This document shows, in pieces, positions 27,470-37,600 of a DNA stretch of 64,000 nucleotides. A program made the translations under genes and the position numbers. The stretch spans positions 33,116 to 97,115 of the forward strand of contig JAKSHX010000001.1 in the NCBI GenBank assembly GCA_024399155.1. The letters are read 5' to 3'. Source of the stretch: an archaeon. Lineage in GTDB: Archaea > Thermoplasmatota > Thermoplasmata > Methanomassiliicoccales > Methanomethylophilaceae. Below the pieces are notes generated by a model. It did not search any database. It saw only the letters and a program-made list of their open reading frames with translations, and was not told the origin of the DNA. Every line of letters begins with the position of its first letter. The first letter of the stretch is position 1.

Positions 27470-29381
27470 CTTTTAATTCAGCATAACTGTACCATTTTCT
27501 TGCATTAAATTCTCTGAACCTATCTTTTGAGTAAGTCTTACTAGGAACAAGAAAACCAACTATACGCTGATATGTATCTATAACTGGTTTACCACAAGTA
27601 GGACAAAGGTCAGTTCCTACAAAGCCATGGTGTTCTTCGCAAGTATTAATTCGTGTGTTAAATGCGAAGTAGATTACTCCTGACTTAGCTATCTTATTAA
27701 GCATCTCCCAAGCTACTTCTTTGTTAGGAAAATTATTTTCAATGTTAATATGAGCTATAGCACCGCCGCCGCACATCTTATCAAGAATCGAAGAGAGACG
27801 AAGTTTTTCGGCAAGGGTACACTTTGCAGTAAGTGGAATCCACTGATTTGAATAAATAAATGTATCTGTGTTTGGATGATAAAGAAGGTTATCTTTCTGG
27901 CAAAGTATAACTGCTGCTCTTTCAGCCGGGACAGATTCAACATTAAATGAATAGTCATCAGTGAAATTATCTTTTACGTCATTTATAACATTAAAAATTT
28001 TCTGAGCAAACGCTAAGCCTGCATCTGTGTAAGAAATATATCCGAATTCATCTGTAGTTGTGTATCCGAATGCTTTGATGACTTCATAAAGTCCAAGGAT
28101 TCCTACGGTGCAATACTGTTTAGACAACTCTATGCCACCGTCCTGATAATTTGGAAGCAATCCCTTTTCAGCGTTTCTTGCGATAATGTATCTCACTCTA
28201 TCAAGAGCTTTACAGCAGAGTTCAATTCTGTGTCTTAACAGGTCAACATACTTATCTTCGTTGGCTCCAACCTCATAATAAATTCTCATAAGGTTTACAG
28301 TATTTACCTTTACAGAGCCAATTGACAGAGCTGTACCGCCAATAGAATTAATGAATGCATCAAGTTTTGTAGTATCTGAAAGAAGACGACAACAGTTACT
28401 AAGAGTGCCTACATTATCACTTACGAAGAAGTTACTATCATTCCACTTAACATTGTGGTCTGAGCACCATCTTGCAAAATCTTCATCAACAAATTTGTCG
28501 TCCTTATAAAGCAGAGAGTATGTAAGTACAGGGAATGTAAACATGTTCTGAGTACGTACATCAGAAACTACTTCCATGAATATCTTCTGTGTTTCAATAA
28601 TATCTTCAATGTAATCTATCGCCATTGTATTATCTGGAAAAATTACGCCGCCGAACAATGCTTCAATATAGTTTCTGTCAAATATAGAAACGTTTGTGAA
28701 TGAACTCTGATCAACTCTTAAGAAAGGTTGATTAAGTCTATATATAAGTTTCTGGAAACACTGTCTAAGATAATAGTCTTTATCCTTAATATAATATCCT
28801 GTTTCACAATCCTTTTTCCAGAAGTAGAAGCTCCATACAAGAATGTTAGGTAAACCTACAGCACCGCTTGAACGATTACACATGTAGGAAACAAACTCTA
28901 TAACGTCATCAAGAAATGTTGTGAGATGTTTAGGCGGCTGTGCATTATATCCACCTAAGAAGAAAAGACCTTCATTAGCCAAACGCGTTAAATCATACGC
29001 ATAGCAATACGGGACATAAGAAGCTGACGGGGCGTCATGAAGATAGTATGCTCCTGAATATTCGCAATCAAGCCATTCTCTTGCGTCATTGAGTCCATAC
29101 TTTTTATTTATCTCATAAAAAATTTTATTAAAAGCAAAAAGTTTATCTAATGATTTATCCTTTTCGCTTCTAAGGCTGGCTATATCTTTATGACTAGCGT
29201 TGGCATTAGCATCTATTGTTACGTCAGCCATATTCTTGTCAATGAATCCAGCAATAAAGTCTGAAAAGTTCATCTGAGTATCATGGAACCCATTAAGGAA
29301 CTCAAAATCTTCTCCGTATTTATCAACAGCATTGTTAAGTGCTGTAGAAAAATCTTTACTTGTCTTTATATTTACGTTCAT
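27462..29381 (-). CDS. nrdD: Anaerobic ribonucleoside-triphosphate reductase (class III)
   Basis: 639 aa. C-terminal zinc site C..HH...CPTCG followed by the glycyl-radical motif QRIVGFLVP. Confidence 0.85.
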   Translation of the reverse strand: MNVNIKTSKDFSTALNNAVDKYGEDFEFLNGFHDTQMNFSDFIAGFIDKNMADVTIDANANASHKDIASLRSEKDKSLDKLFAFNKIFYEINKKYGLNDAREWLDCEYSGAYYLHDAPSASYVPYCYAYDLTRLANEGLFFLGGYNAQPPKHLTTFLDDVIEFVSYMCNRSSGAVGLPNILVWSFYFWKKDCETGYYIKDKDYYLRQCFQKLIYRLNQPFLRVDQSSFTNVSIFDRNYIEALFGGVIFPDNTMAIDYIEDIIETQKIFMEVVSDVRTQNMFTFPVLTYSLLYKDDKFVDEDFARWCSDHNVKWNDSNFFVSDNVGTLSNCCRLLSDTTKLDAFINSIGGTALSIGSVKVNTVNLMRIYYEVGANEDKYVDLLRHRIELCCKALDRVRYIIARNAEKGLLPNYQDGGIELSKQYCTVGILGLYEVIKAFGYTTTDEFGYISYTDAGLAFAQKIFNVINDVKDNFTDDYSFNVESVPAERAAVILCQKDNLLYHPNTDTFIYSNQWIPLTAKCTLAEKLRLSSILDKMCGGGAIAHINIENNFPNKEVAWEMLNKIAKSGVIYFAFNTRINTCEEHHGFVGTDLCPTCGKPVIDTYQRIVGFLVPSKTYSKDRFREFNARKWYSYAELKGD

Positions 29382-29383
29382 TA

Positions 29384-29584
29384 TTAATCCTCCCTGCTGT
29401 TAATAAAATCCACCGCTTCTTTAAACGGCATAATATTGTCACCATCTTCGAGAACAGGGAGTAAATCATATCCTTTTGCTTTAATTGTTTCAATATCATT
29501 ACAAATTTCAAATGGTATTCCCTTTGCTGCTAATTTCTTTTCCAGTACAATACACTTAGGGCAACCAATAGTATATAATATCAT
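29384..29584 (-). CDS. Glutaredoxin/NrdH-like redoxin
   Basis: 66 aa. N-terminal ILYTIGCPKC (CxxC) in a thioredoxin-fold-sized protein. Confidence 0.7.
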   Translation of the reverse strand: MILYTIGCPKCIVLEKKLAAKGIPFEICNDIETIKAKGYDLLPVLEDGDNIMPFKEAVDFINSRED

Positions 29585-29585
29585 G

Positions 29586-29894
29586 CTAGTTCTCCTTATT
29601 TTCGTTATGATCTATGTATCCTTTTATAATGTAAGCTTTAGCTACCGCAGGACAATGCTGCATTAAAGCTCTTTCAACTACTTCACGAATATCGTCTGTC
29701 TTTATTTTCTGACTTCCTTTCGAAATTATCCAAGGGCGAATGCTTGTCTTATATACAAACCTTGCGTTGTCCCTAGCTATAGCTTCCCCTCTGTCAGAAT
29801 GAACTTCTTTATATGCTGACGCTATTGTATTTAAGATATTGTCCTTGTTAAATCCTAACTCAGTACCGTCACGTTTTATTACCATTCTCTTCAC
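29586..29894 (-). CDS. ATP-cone domain protein
   Basis: VIKRDGTELGFNKDNILNTIASAY is a typical ATP-cone start. Adjacent to the RNR genes. Confidence 0.6.
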   Translation of the reverse strand: MKRMVIKRDGTELGFNKDNILNTIASAYKEVHSDRGEAIARDNARFVYKTSIRPWIISKGSQKIKTDDIREVVERALMQHCPAVAKAYIIKGYIDHNENKEN

Positions 29895-30454
29895 GCTATC
29901 TCCCCTTTCGCCATTTTACATACAAGCTGATATATCTCATCCCAATCGTATGCTCTGTAGATGTTATCTTTAAGCTCACATGATAAATTATGAGGAGCAG
30001 ACATAAGAATTCCTTTATAACTTCCGTCAATTAAATTATGCATGCCATCATCAATAAGCACATCGCCTGATAACAGCTGCTTATGCTTTATAACAATAAG
30101 GTTGTCCAGATCAAAGAAAGGAAAATACCTCAGCAAAACCTTATCAACCTTAGTAGCTATAGTCTTGTAATGCGAGGATGTTGCGATTGAGACTTGATGC
30201 CCGTCCTCTATCAACCTCTGCAGACCATTGACTGCTCCGGGCAGAGGCGTAACTCTCTCCCAAATCTCTGTTTCATACAGCGGTTTGTAAATCTGTTCTT
30301 TAGTAAGAGAAGGAAAGACCTCGCTGATATTCCAACTTTTAACGTCATCCATCTGGACATTAGTATTGTTTTGTTCATTTATCAGCGAGATCCACACCTC
30401 ACAGAAGTTAATAAGTACGTCATCAAAGTCACAAAATACTTTGAGACTTTTCAT
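29891..30454 (-). CDS. 5'(3')-deoxyribonucleotidase (HAD, NT5C-like)
   Basis: N-terminal DFDDV (DxDx) motif, with VLIDD late in the sequence. 187 aa. Confidence 0.6.
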   Translation of the reverse strand: MKSLKVFCDFDDVLINFCEVWISLINEQNNTNVQMDDVKSWNISEVFPSLTKEQIYKPLYETEIWERVTPLPGAVNGLQRLIEDGHQVSIATSSHYKTIATKVDKVLLRYFPFFDLDNLIVIKHKQLLSGDVLIDDGMHNLIDGSYKGILMSAPHNLSCELKDNIYRAYDWDEIYQLVCKMAKGEIA

Positions 30455-30456
30455 AA

Positions 30457-30849
30457 TTATTTCTCCATGCTCCTGAGATACTCAAGCCCTTTTTCGGTAA
30501 GAGTATATCTGTTTTCTAATCGTTCTCCGTTTGTTTCATAATCGCCTTTGATAAGCGCGAACAGGTCACGGTCATTATTAATTGGACGTTCGTTGCCATA
30601 TTTATCAAACCATACTGAATTTGCTGAACCATAATCTCCATCACATTCATATATATGATGAGCAATCCAACCACTCTTATCCTTGGCTAACTTTTCAAAA
30701 AGTTCGATAATAAGGTCTGTGCCTGCACTTTCATAAACTCTTTCCCATCCGCCCGGAAAAGCTTCTTCAACGCTATCAGCGTATGATTCAACCTTCTTCA
30801 TATGTTCTTTAAGTTTGAACATATACTTTGTAAATTTTTCGTATTTCAT
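30457..30849 (-). CDS. Hypothetical protein
   Basis: 130-aa ORF in the operon. Confidence 0.5.
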   Translation of the reverse strand: MKYEKFTKYMFKLKEHMKKVESYADSVEEAFPGGWERVYESAGTDLIIELFEKLAKDKSGWIAHHIYECDGDYGSANSVWFDKYGNERPINNDRDLFALIKGDYETNGERLENRYTLTEKGLEYLRSMEK

Positions 30850-30864
30850 TGCCTCTCGCCTTTC

Positions 30865-31578
30865 TTAAAACTGTATTTCATCAGCCCACTGGCTTATCCA
30901 ACCTCTGTGATTTGTCTTTAACTCACAGATAGCTGCTCTCTTTTGTTCTCTAAAATGTTCTATGTATTTTGTAAAACCACTCTGTGATTTGTCTTCAAGG
31001 TCGCACTGTTTATCGTGCCCAATTACGACAACCTTTGTGTTCGGGCCGATTCTGGATAGTACCTTTTGGAGTTGCGGGACGGTCATGTTCTGCGATTCGT
31101 CCAGAACGACTACCACATTGTTAAGATTTGTCCCTCTTAAGAATGTATCCGTTATGCAAGTTATGTATCCTGTGCCGTTTTTCTGGTTTACCATACTCTC
31201 ATCATTGATTGCAGTTATTGGATTTATACCGCACTCAATAAGAGCCTGATAAAAAGCCTCAAAATATACTGAACTCTTCTCTGTTATTGTTCCCGGAAGC
31301 CATCCCTGCTTCTTCTCTCCATAAGGAGACATGATGTAAACTATGCCATCGTAACGTCCATACTGGACAAGAAGATTGGCTACGGCAGTTGTTATTGTTG
31401 TCTTTCCTACACCACTTCTAGCATTCACGAATATGATGTCGTAGTCCTTACTCCATATCGTATCAACTAAAATCTTCTGTTCGGGGTCAAGCTTAATGCC
31501 ATAAAACGGATGTTCGTCTAAAGTCTCAGGTGCTTCCATTTTAGGTTCGGAATTTGCACGACTTTTGTTCTTAGCCAT
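30865..31578 (-). CDS. phoH: PhoH-like ATPase
   Basis: Walker A ARSGVGKTT, Walker B VVVLDESQN, and GHDKQCDL. Confidence 0.8.
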   Translation of the reverse strand: MAKNKSRANSEPKMEAPETLDEHPFYGIKLDPEQKILVDTIWSKDYDIIFVNARSGVGKTTITTAVANLLVQYGRYDGIVYIMSPYGEKKQGWLPGTITEKSSVYFEAFYQALIECGINPITAINDESMVNQKNGTGYITCITDTFLRGTNLNNVVVVLDESQNMTVPQLQKVLSRIGPNTKVVVIGHDKQCDLEDKSQSGFTKYIEHFREQKRAAICELKTNHRGWISQWADEIQF

Positions 31579-31590
31579 AAGAATTCCCCC

Positions 31591-32241
31591 TTAGATAATC
31601 TCATCCATATCGACATCTTCGCCGATAATGAAATCCGTAAATCCCTTCTCCTTAGCTTCGTCAGCAAACAGATACCATTCAACACGAAGCTTAGAATCAT
31701 ACTCTTCTTCAGTCAGCTTACTTCTTGAGATGATATATTTCTTAATACGTTCTTCTGTTCTTTTATTGAACTCCATCTGATCCTGCGCCTTTGCCCCAGA
31801 ATCCCATACAACAGTACTACCATCATGCATAAGGAATGTAGCATTAGGAGAACAATATCTCTTATGACCTGCGAGACCGATAAGGAATCCCATGCTGTAC
31901 TGCCAGCCGATATTGATTGTGTAAACAGGTGTCTTACTGTTCTGGATAATGTCGATAAGTTCAAAGCCTGCAGTAACACTACCGCCATTAGAAGTAATGG
32001 TAAGAAGTATTGGTTGTCTTTCTTCTACTGGCTTGCCTTTATCCTGTTTGTTGAACTTAAGAATGTTTGCTATTGCGTCAGAAACAGAGTACTGATTAAT
32101 ATCTTCATTAATCACAAGCTTACGTTCTTTGAGATCATTGAGATAAATAATGTCCTCAAGAGAAAAACCTTTCTTTGCTTCGAGAAGTGTTTCGTCAAGA
32201 TCAATTTCAAAAACATCAATGTCACGATTCTGTTTGTTCAT
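31591..32241 (-). CDS. ClpP-family serine protease-like protein
   Basis: ITSNGGSVTAGFELIDIIQ...INIGWQYSMGFLIGLAG...LMHDG parallels ClpP INSPGGSVTAG...AASMG...MIHQP. Start set at M20 (RBS AAAGGAGG). Confidence 0.65.
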   Translation of the reverse strand: MNKQNRDIDVFEIDLDETLLEAKKGFSLEDIIYLNDLKERKLVINEDINQYSVSDAIANILKFNKQDKGKPVEERQPILLTITSNGGSVTAGFELIDIIQNSKTPVYTINIGWQYSMGFLIGLAGHKRYCSPNATFLMHDGSTVVWDSGAKAQDQMEFNKRTEERIKKYIISRSKLTEEEYDSKLRVEWYLFADEAKEKGFTDFIIGEDVDMDEII

Positions 32242-32272
32242 AAGAGAACCTCCTTTAAATTTTATATAAGAA

Positions 32273-32857
32273 CTACCTTGCGGTAATTTCTTTAACATGA
32301 TTATCGATTTGCATAGCTATGTCATGTATGGATCTGGTGCCATCATTTTCTATACAGACATCTCTAAATTTTTCACCATCGGCAAACTTTATTTCATCAT
32401 CTGCAAGTCTACGCTGCCATTCGGTTTCATCAAAAGAACCTCGCCTTATTGCTCTCTGTTTTCTAACAGCATCATCTGTTGAAATCTCTACAATAAAAGT
32501 ATCTTTATTGCCGAAATACTTCAGGAATCCTTCTGTACCTACAAGATCAAGCACAACAACAAAGTTCTCGCCTTTGATTGGAGCGAACTTCGGAACCCCA
32601 TAATACCAAGTGTCAGGAACACCATTAACAAGAGTGTTGTATGAACGGTATTCAATAAGAGAATCCTGTTCAATCATCTTTAAAAATTCTTCTTCTGAAA
32701 CAAAATTATAGTCAACACCTTGCTTTTCTTTCACTCTCATAGGTCTTGTTGTAGTAGAGATGATAGGAATATAACCATATTCATCTCTCAACTTTCTGAG
32801 TACCGTATCTTTTCCTGTGGCACTTTTACCGAATAATATTACAATCACCCAGCACAA
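32273..32857 (-). CDS. Guanylate-kinase-like nucleotide kinase
   Basis: P-loop GKSATGKDT and TTTRPMRVKEKQGVDYNFVS (guanylate kinase signature region). Confidence 0.75.
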   Translation of the reverse strand: MCWVIVILFGKSATGKDTVLRKLRDEYGYIPIISTTTRPMRVKEKQGVDYNFVSEEEFLKMIEQDSLIEYRSYNTLVNGVPDTWYYGVPKFAPIKGENFVVVLDLVGTEGFLKYFGNKDTFIVEISTDDAVRKQRAIRRGSFDETEWQRRLADDEIKFADGEKFRDVCIENDGTRSIHDIAMQIDNHVKEITAR

Positions 32858-33432
32858 TCCCCTTCCGTAATAAAATAACGACCATTAGATTCTTCAACAG
32901 CCTTAGCATATGTATGATTGAATCCGCAACTTTTCATTTCTGTACATCTACCGCCACGGTAATAACAGTAAGGCACTGCGGACGAAATAAACTCAGGATT
33001 TGTTTTAAAAACTTCCTGACAGATTAGTTCAATCACGCTTCTTGTTTCTGGAGAAGCAAGCCTGCACAGTCTTTTGTTGCAGATTACCATAAACTCTTCG
33101 GCATTCATATACCAACACATTGTCACGGGAGCGTCCTGTCTTGCTGCGTTTCGGTCATACTTGTCCTGTCTGTCATTTCTCTGAGATGAAACGAACGGAA
33201 TAGCGTGAACATGTCTAACAAGATGTGTGGCTACCCATGTTGGTAAATTAGAAATCTTAAAACAGAAGTTTAAGGTTCTAATCGGAGAATGACGAGCTTC
33301 AAGAATCTTGACTTTCCACTCTTCACTTGGCGGAGTAGTAGCTTCTTTTGATACTGTTGTTAAAGTAATTTGTTTACACAGCATCCAGTCTTCTTCTGTT
33401 GGATATTTTAATACTTCTACTTTGACATCCAT
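32845..33432 (-). CDS. thyX: ThyX-like flavin-dependent thymidylate synthase (divergent)
   Basis: LVRHVHAIPFVSSQRN resembles the ThyX RHR..S...SQR motif. 195 aa, in the nucleotide-metabolism block. Confidence 0.55.
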   Translation of the reverse strand: MDVKVEVLKYPTEEDWMLCKQITLTTVSKEATTPPSEEWKVKILEARHSPIRTLNFCFKISNLPTWVATHLVRHVHAIPFVSSQRNDRQDKYDRNAARQDAPVTMCWYMNAEEFMVICNKRLCRLASPETRSVIELICQEVFKTNPEFISSAVPYCYYRGGRCTEMKSCGFNHTYAKAVEESNGRYFITEGDCAG

Positions 33433-33465
33433 GTTGTTTCCTCCGTTTTGTTATTTAATATCATA

Positions 33466-33534
33466 ATAAGGATTTCATCACACCTCTTCAAAACCCCGTA
33501 GTTACGGGATTTGAGAGGGTGACTTTTTTCCAAC
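33466..33534. repeat. 69-nt repeated intergenic element, copy 1
   Basis: ATAAGGATTTCATCAC-N40-ACTTTTTTCCAAC. Same ends and same total length as 55064-55132. The interior here forms a 19-bp imperfect hairpin. Confidence 0.6.
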
Positions 33535-33702
33535 TTACTCGATTTCTTCCTCTGTATCACTTATCCTGTATTCAATTTCTGCACCACAATTTGTACAATG
33601 TAAGATTTGAACTATCCCCTCTCCGTCATATCCGAAGTCTTCGAAGTTATAATCACAATCCCAAATTACAGACCTTGAACAACAATGAAAACATTCAAAC
33701 AT
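33535..33702 (-). CDS. Small zinc-ribbon protein (55 aa)
   Basis: MFECFHCCSRSVIWDCDYNF...ILHCTNCGAEIEY. RBS GGAAGTGA. Confidence 0.5.
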   Translation of the reverse strand: MFECFHCCSRSVIWDCDYNFEDFGYDGEGIVQILHCTNCGAEIEYRISDTEEEIE

Positions 33703-33714
33703 TTAATCACTTCC

Positions 33715-34587
33715 TTAGATGTAAGCATCTACTTCAACTACGCCTTGGTTTCTAAACGGACAATTGCTTGCATAAATATAATAAAAATCAATTACATTTG
33801 AATTCCCTGCATCTGAATCATCAACAAAGTACCAACCAGACATTTCAGGATATCCGTTCACTTCAAGATAAACTTTGGTTCTTTCTCCGTTGTAGTTATA
33901 GCCGTAGTTATAATATAAGTAGCTGCTTGCTATTGAGCCTTTTATACCATTACCATTACCATACGAACAGTCATATAGATATCTTCCAGATCCTCCATAT
34001 GTTTCATAGCCATAACAGTAATAAGTGCCTCGGCTAAAATGTTTTATATAAGTTAATCCATCGCTTGATGGAGCTTCTGGTTTAGGTTCGATATATTCAT
34101 TCATAATCTCGATGTCAGGATTACATTCACTGCATCTTCTTGCTTCGATATCACTTGTATCAATTATAATTACAGCATCATCTTTGTTCCACCTGCAGGA
34201 ATTCTTATGAAGATAATGGGTTGAAGGTTTATACACTATGTATTCTTCAATAATTTCCTCTACAACGGCTTCAACAGCCGCTTCTGTTTCTGGAACAGTT
34301 ATTTGTATTGCTGACTCAGTAATACATTCCTCTGTAACTACTTCAGTAATAGGCTCTGATACTGTAGATTCTACCGTAGTGTATAAAATGTCACTTTTAT
34401 TCACATTTTCGATCTCGTAACCCACGCAATTACGTGGTTTGCGGGATCGACTTTCTGAAAAACCAGTTAGTTTTTTATTTTCGCACGTTTTTGATACAAA
34501 AATACAACTTTGAGTGGTAGTTTCAGCGTTTTCTGCAGGAGCTGACACCTTATGATCTCTATTTATGTATGCAATATACCAAATCAT
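33715..34587 (-). CDS. Membrane-anchored protein with C-terminal 3D/RlpA-like (double-psi beta-barrel) domain
   Basis: N-terminal region, then a linker rich in T/E/V. C-terminus ...VYLEVNGYPEMSGWYFVDDSDAGNSNVIDFYY resembles 3D-domain cell-wall proteins. Confidence 0.45.
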   Translation of the reverse strand: MIWYIAYINRDHKVSAPAENAETTTQSCIFVSKTCENKKLTGFSESRSRKPRNCVGYEIENVNKSDILYTTVESTVSEPITEVVTEECITESAIQITVPETEAAVEAVVEEIIEEYIVYKPSTHYLHKNSCRWNKDDAVIIIDTSDIEARRCSECNPDIEIMNEYIEPKPEAPSSDGLTYIKHFSRGTYYCYGYETYGGSGRYLYDCSYGNGNGIKGSIASSYLYYNYGYNYNGERTKVYLEVNGYPEMSGWYFVDDSDAGNSNVIDFYYIYASNCPFRNQGVVEVDAYI

Positions 34588-34670
34588 AGCAACCAGTACT
34601 ATTAAAATCGTCGCTATTCTTTCTGTCTTTTTTGAATTAGAGTTTATACTCTCACAACCTTTCTTTTGTT

Positions 34671-37600
34671 TTAATAAATATGCGTGTATCCAGTTAAAGT
34701 GAAGTACTCGCCGTCTCTTTTATACTCAGTGCAATAGATTATGTCGTTCTTTTCTATCGGGTCTTTCTTGAAAACCCTGTTGAACACTGTAAATCTCGAT
34801 TCTATTCCACTACCAATTGATTTTGTTATAACACTATACCCGAACTGAACCCCGTCAGCCTTCCTGCAAAGCGGATATATTTCAAGAACATATAACTTTC
34901 TTCTGTCTTCTTCTTTGTCAGAAGTATATCCAACATATCCCATGTATTCTTTGAAGTTCTGAATCTTGATTACATCACTTAAGTCTTCTAAGTTAGCTGC
35001 TAAGATTGAAGCTTCAACTTCTTTTAGGATTGAATCCATATCTGTTATCGTGTAACTCTTAGCTGGCTTGCCTGCTTTGGTCATGCCGGTTGAGTATTTA
35101 GCTACTATAGAAGCTATGACAGGATTGGTAATTTTTTCTTTGGATATCTTGCTGCTTTCCCCTTTACCGAACATGTCATTAAACATTTCCGTAATTCTAA
35201 GAAGCTCTCTCTGATTTCCAAAATCACTAAAGTAGTCAATCTTAATAAGAATATCAAGCTGCCTTGAATCCATAGAGGTCTTAGAGGTTATGTCCTTGAG
35301 CAGTTCCATAAATCCACTGTAATCTTTATGATATAAATCCCCTAATTCCTTAGTGACAATGGCACTCATGTACTTTACAGAGTCTAATCCTTTAGCGATA
35401 ACCTGCTTTTCTTTATCATAATAATAGCCAACTCCAGAAACACGCCACTTAGGCGATGTTACTTTAATTCCATTCTTGCTTGCGTACTTTATAATTTCTG
35501 CAGTCTTATCTGTATTGTCGCTAAATGCATTAAGAGCGGCGGTCAGGAACTCGTATGGATAATAATATCTAAGATATCCAGAAATATAACCTATACAGCT
35601 ATACGCATCACTATGATTCCATGAAAATCCATAAGCCGAAGCGTCAAGAATGATTTGAATAAACGGCTTAATAACCTCTTCGCATCTCTCAGGAGTTATA
35701 TCATAGTGTGCCGAAGAGTATTCAATAAATCTTCTTTCTATTTCTGGAAGAAGAGTTTCTGTCCCCTTCTTTTTTGCCACGCTTCTGCGGACTGAATCAC
35801 TCTCAGCATCAGAATATCCACAGAACTGAACAAGAAACCTCATGATTGTCTCCTGCATAGCTATTCTTCCTGCTTCTGGAGCCAGGAATTTATTAAGTTC
35901 ATCAAACCCATTATCATAAAATTCCCCATTAGCCACAGATTTTCTGAAACTTGCACATGCTGGACGAATAAGACCGTTACCAAACGATAACCATTTAATC
36001 ATAGAGAAGTTAGGTATCTGTTTCTTAGCTATTTCAAGAGTTCTATCAGACATAAATTCTTTTAAATACTGAGAAGCCGAGTTACTTTCCCACTGAAATA
36101 TCATTGTCGTATCATCTCTGATACTCTTCCAAACGTTTTCATCCTCAAGATCAACATTATCTGGAGTTAATCTTGGAATTCCAGCCTGTTTGCAAGCGTT
36201 ATTTATTACGCTTATGTTGTCAAGCCCGAGGACATCAAGCTTAACATACATCAAGTCATCCAATTCTTTCATGTTAAGCATTGAAATTGGGTAATCTGAA
36301 GTTGAAGTTGAGCATAATCCTATCATTCTGGCAATAGGAAGGTCACTTACTAATACTCCAGACGGATGTGTGCCTATTGAAACGATAGTGCCATTAAGTA
36401 AGTCGACATATTTGAAGACATTTGGGTATTTATGTCTTGCTTTTTCCTCATCTTTTTCGGCCAAAGCTACAACTTCATTCGTAATTTTTATGTATTCATT
36501 CGGTTTTTCCTCTTTGTATAAAGCTCTACAAACATCTCGTATAGCACCCTTCATAGCAATGGTATTAAATGTGATGATTTCAGCAGACTGAATCGTATCG
36601 AGATTCATCTTATCCTTAAGAAGAAATTCCTTCATCTTATCTCTATCAATTCCGCCGTAGTCGGTATCAATATCTGCATTAGTTACTCTAGCAGGATTCA
36701 TGAACCTGAAAAAATTAAGTCCAAATCTCTTGCTATCCATCTGAGTAATGCCCAGAAGGTATGCAATCATGCTGCCAGATACAGAACCTCTGCCATATCC
36801 ACACTGAATTCCTTGTTTAGCTTCCCACTCTCTTATATAAGTCTGTAAAAGCATAAAATCGATAGATTTTGTGGCTTCATAAACTTCGATTTCCTTATTT
36901 ATTACATCAGTCAGCTCTTCTCGAGTGTGATTTTTTAACGCATAAGGGTGATTTTCCATTGAATCCATAACTTTTTTTCTGAAAGTTTCAGAAGGATTGC
37001 TATAAATATGCGGATACTTAGTGTTTTTGTCCATTTCAAATGGTTCAACCATACTTGCTAAGAGATTTGTGTTCTCAATAGCTTCCATGTATGCTTCTTC
37101 TGGGATAGCATTCTGCTTTCTAAACGAATTTATCAGTTCATCATATGTTTTAAACCTTAAATCCCAACCATCTTCGCCGTCAAAATGAATGTTCTTTGAT
37201 ATCTGGAGCACTCTTCTGCCCTCAACATGGTCATCATTCAGTGCATGAGTGTCAGTACCAGCGATAAGTTTAATTCCCCAACTTTCACTTAATGCATGCA
37301 TTTCCTGATTGTATTTAACCTGCTTTTCATCAGAGTGATGACCAATTTCCAAGAAACATCTATGTTTATTCTTATGAATAAACTGTAAAAATCTTTCTTG
37401 AACATCATCGGAACCTTTTCCGAACACACCACCGACACAGGCAGTTGTAATTATTATATTGTCGCTTGTAGAAAACAGTTCATCAAACGATATTCTTGGA
37501 ACATAATAAAAATGGTTATCAGTTCTACAAAAACTCTTAGATACAAGTTCATTTAATTCAAAAACTCCATCTAAATTTCTGGCGATAAGGACACAATGGT

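Noticed and set aside
33482-33521. The hairpin plus T6 in copy 1 of the 69-nt element as a conventional terminator of the local operon
   Set aside because: The T run follows the hairpin only on the plus strand, whereas all neighbouring genes are on the minus strand. Copy 2 does not conserve the hairpin. The conserved ends matter more than the stem.
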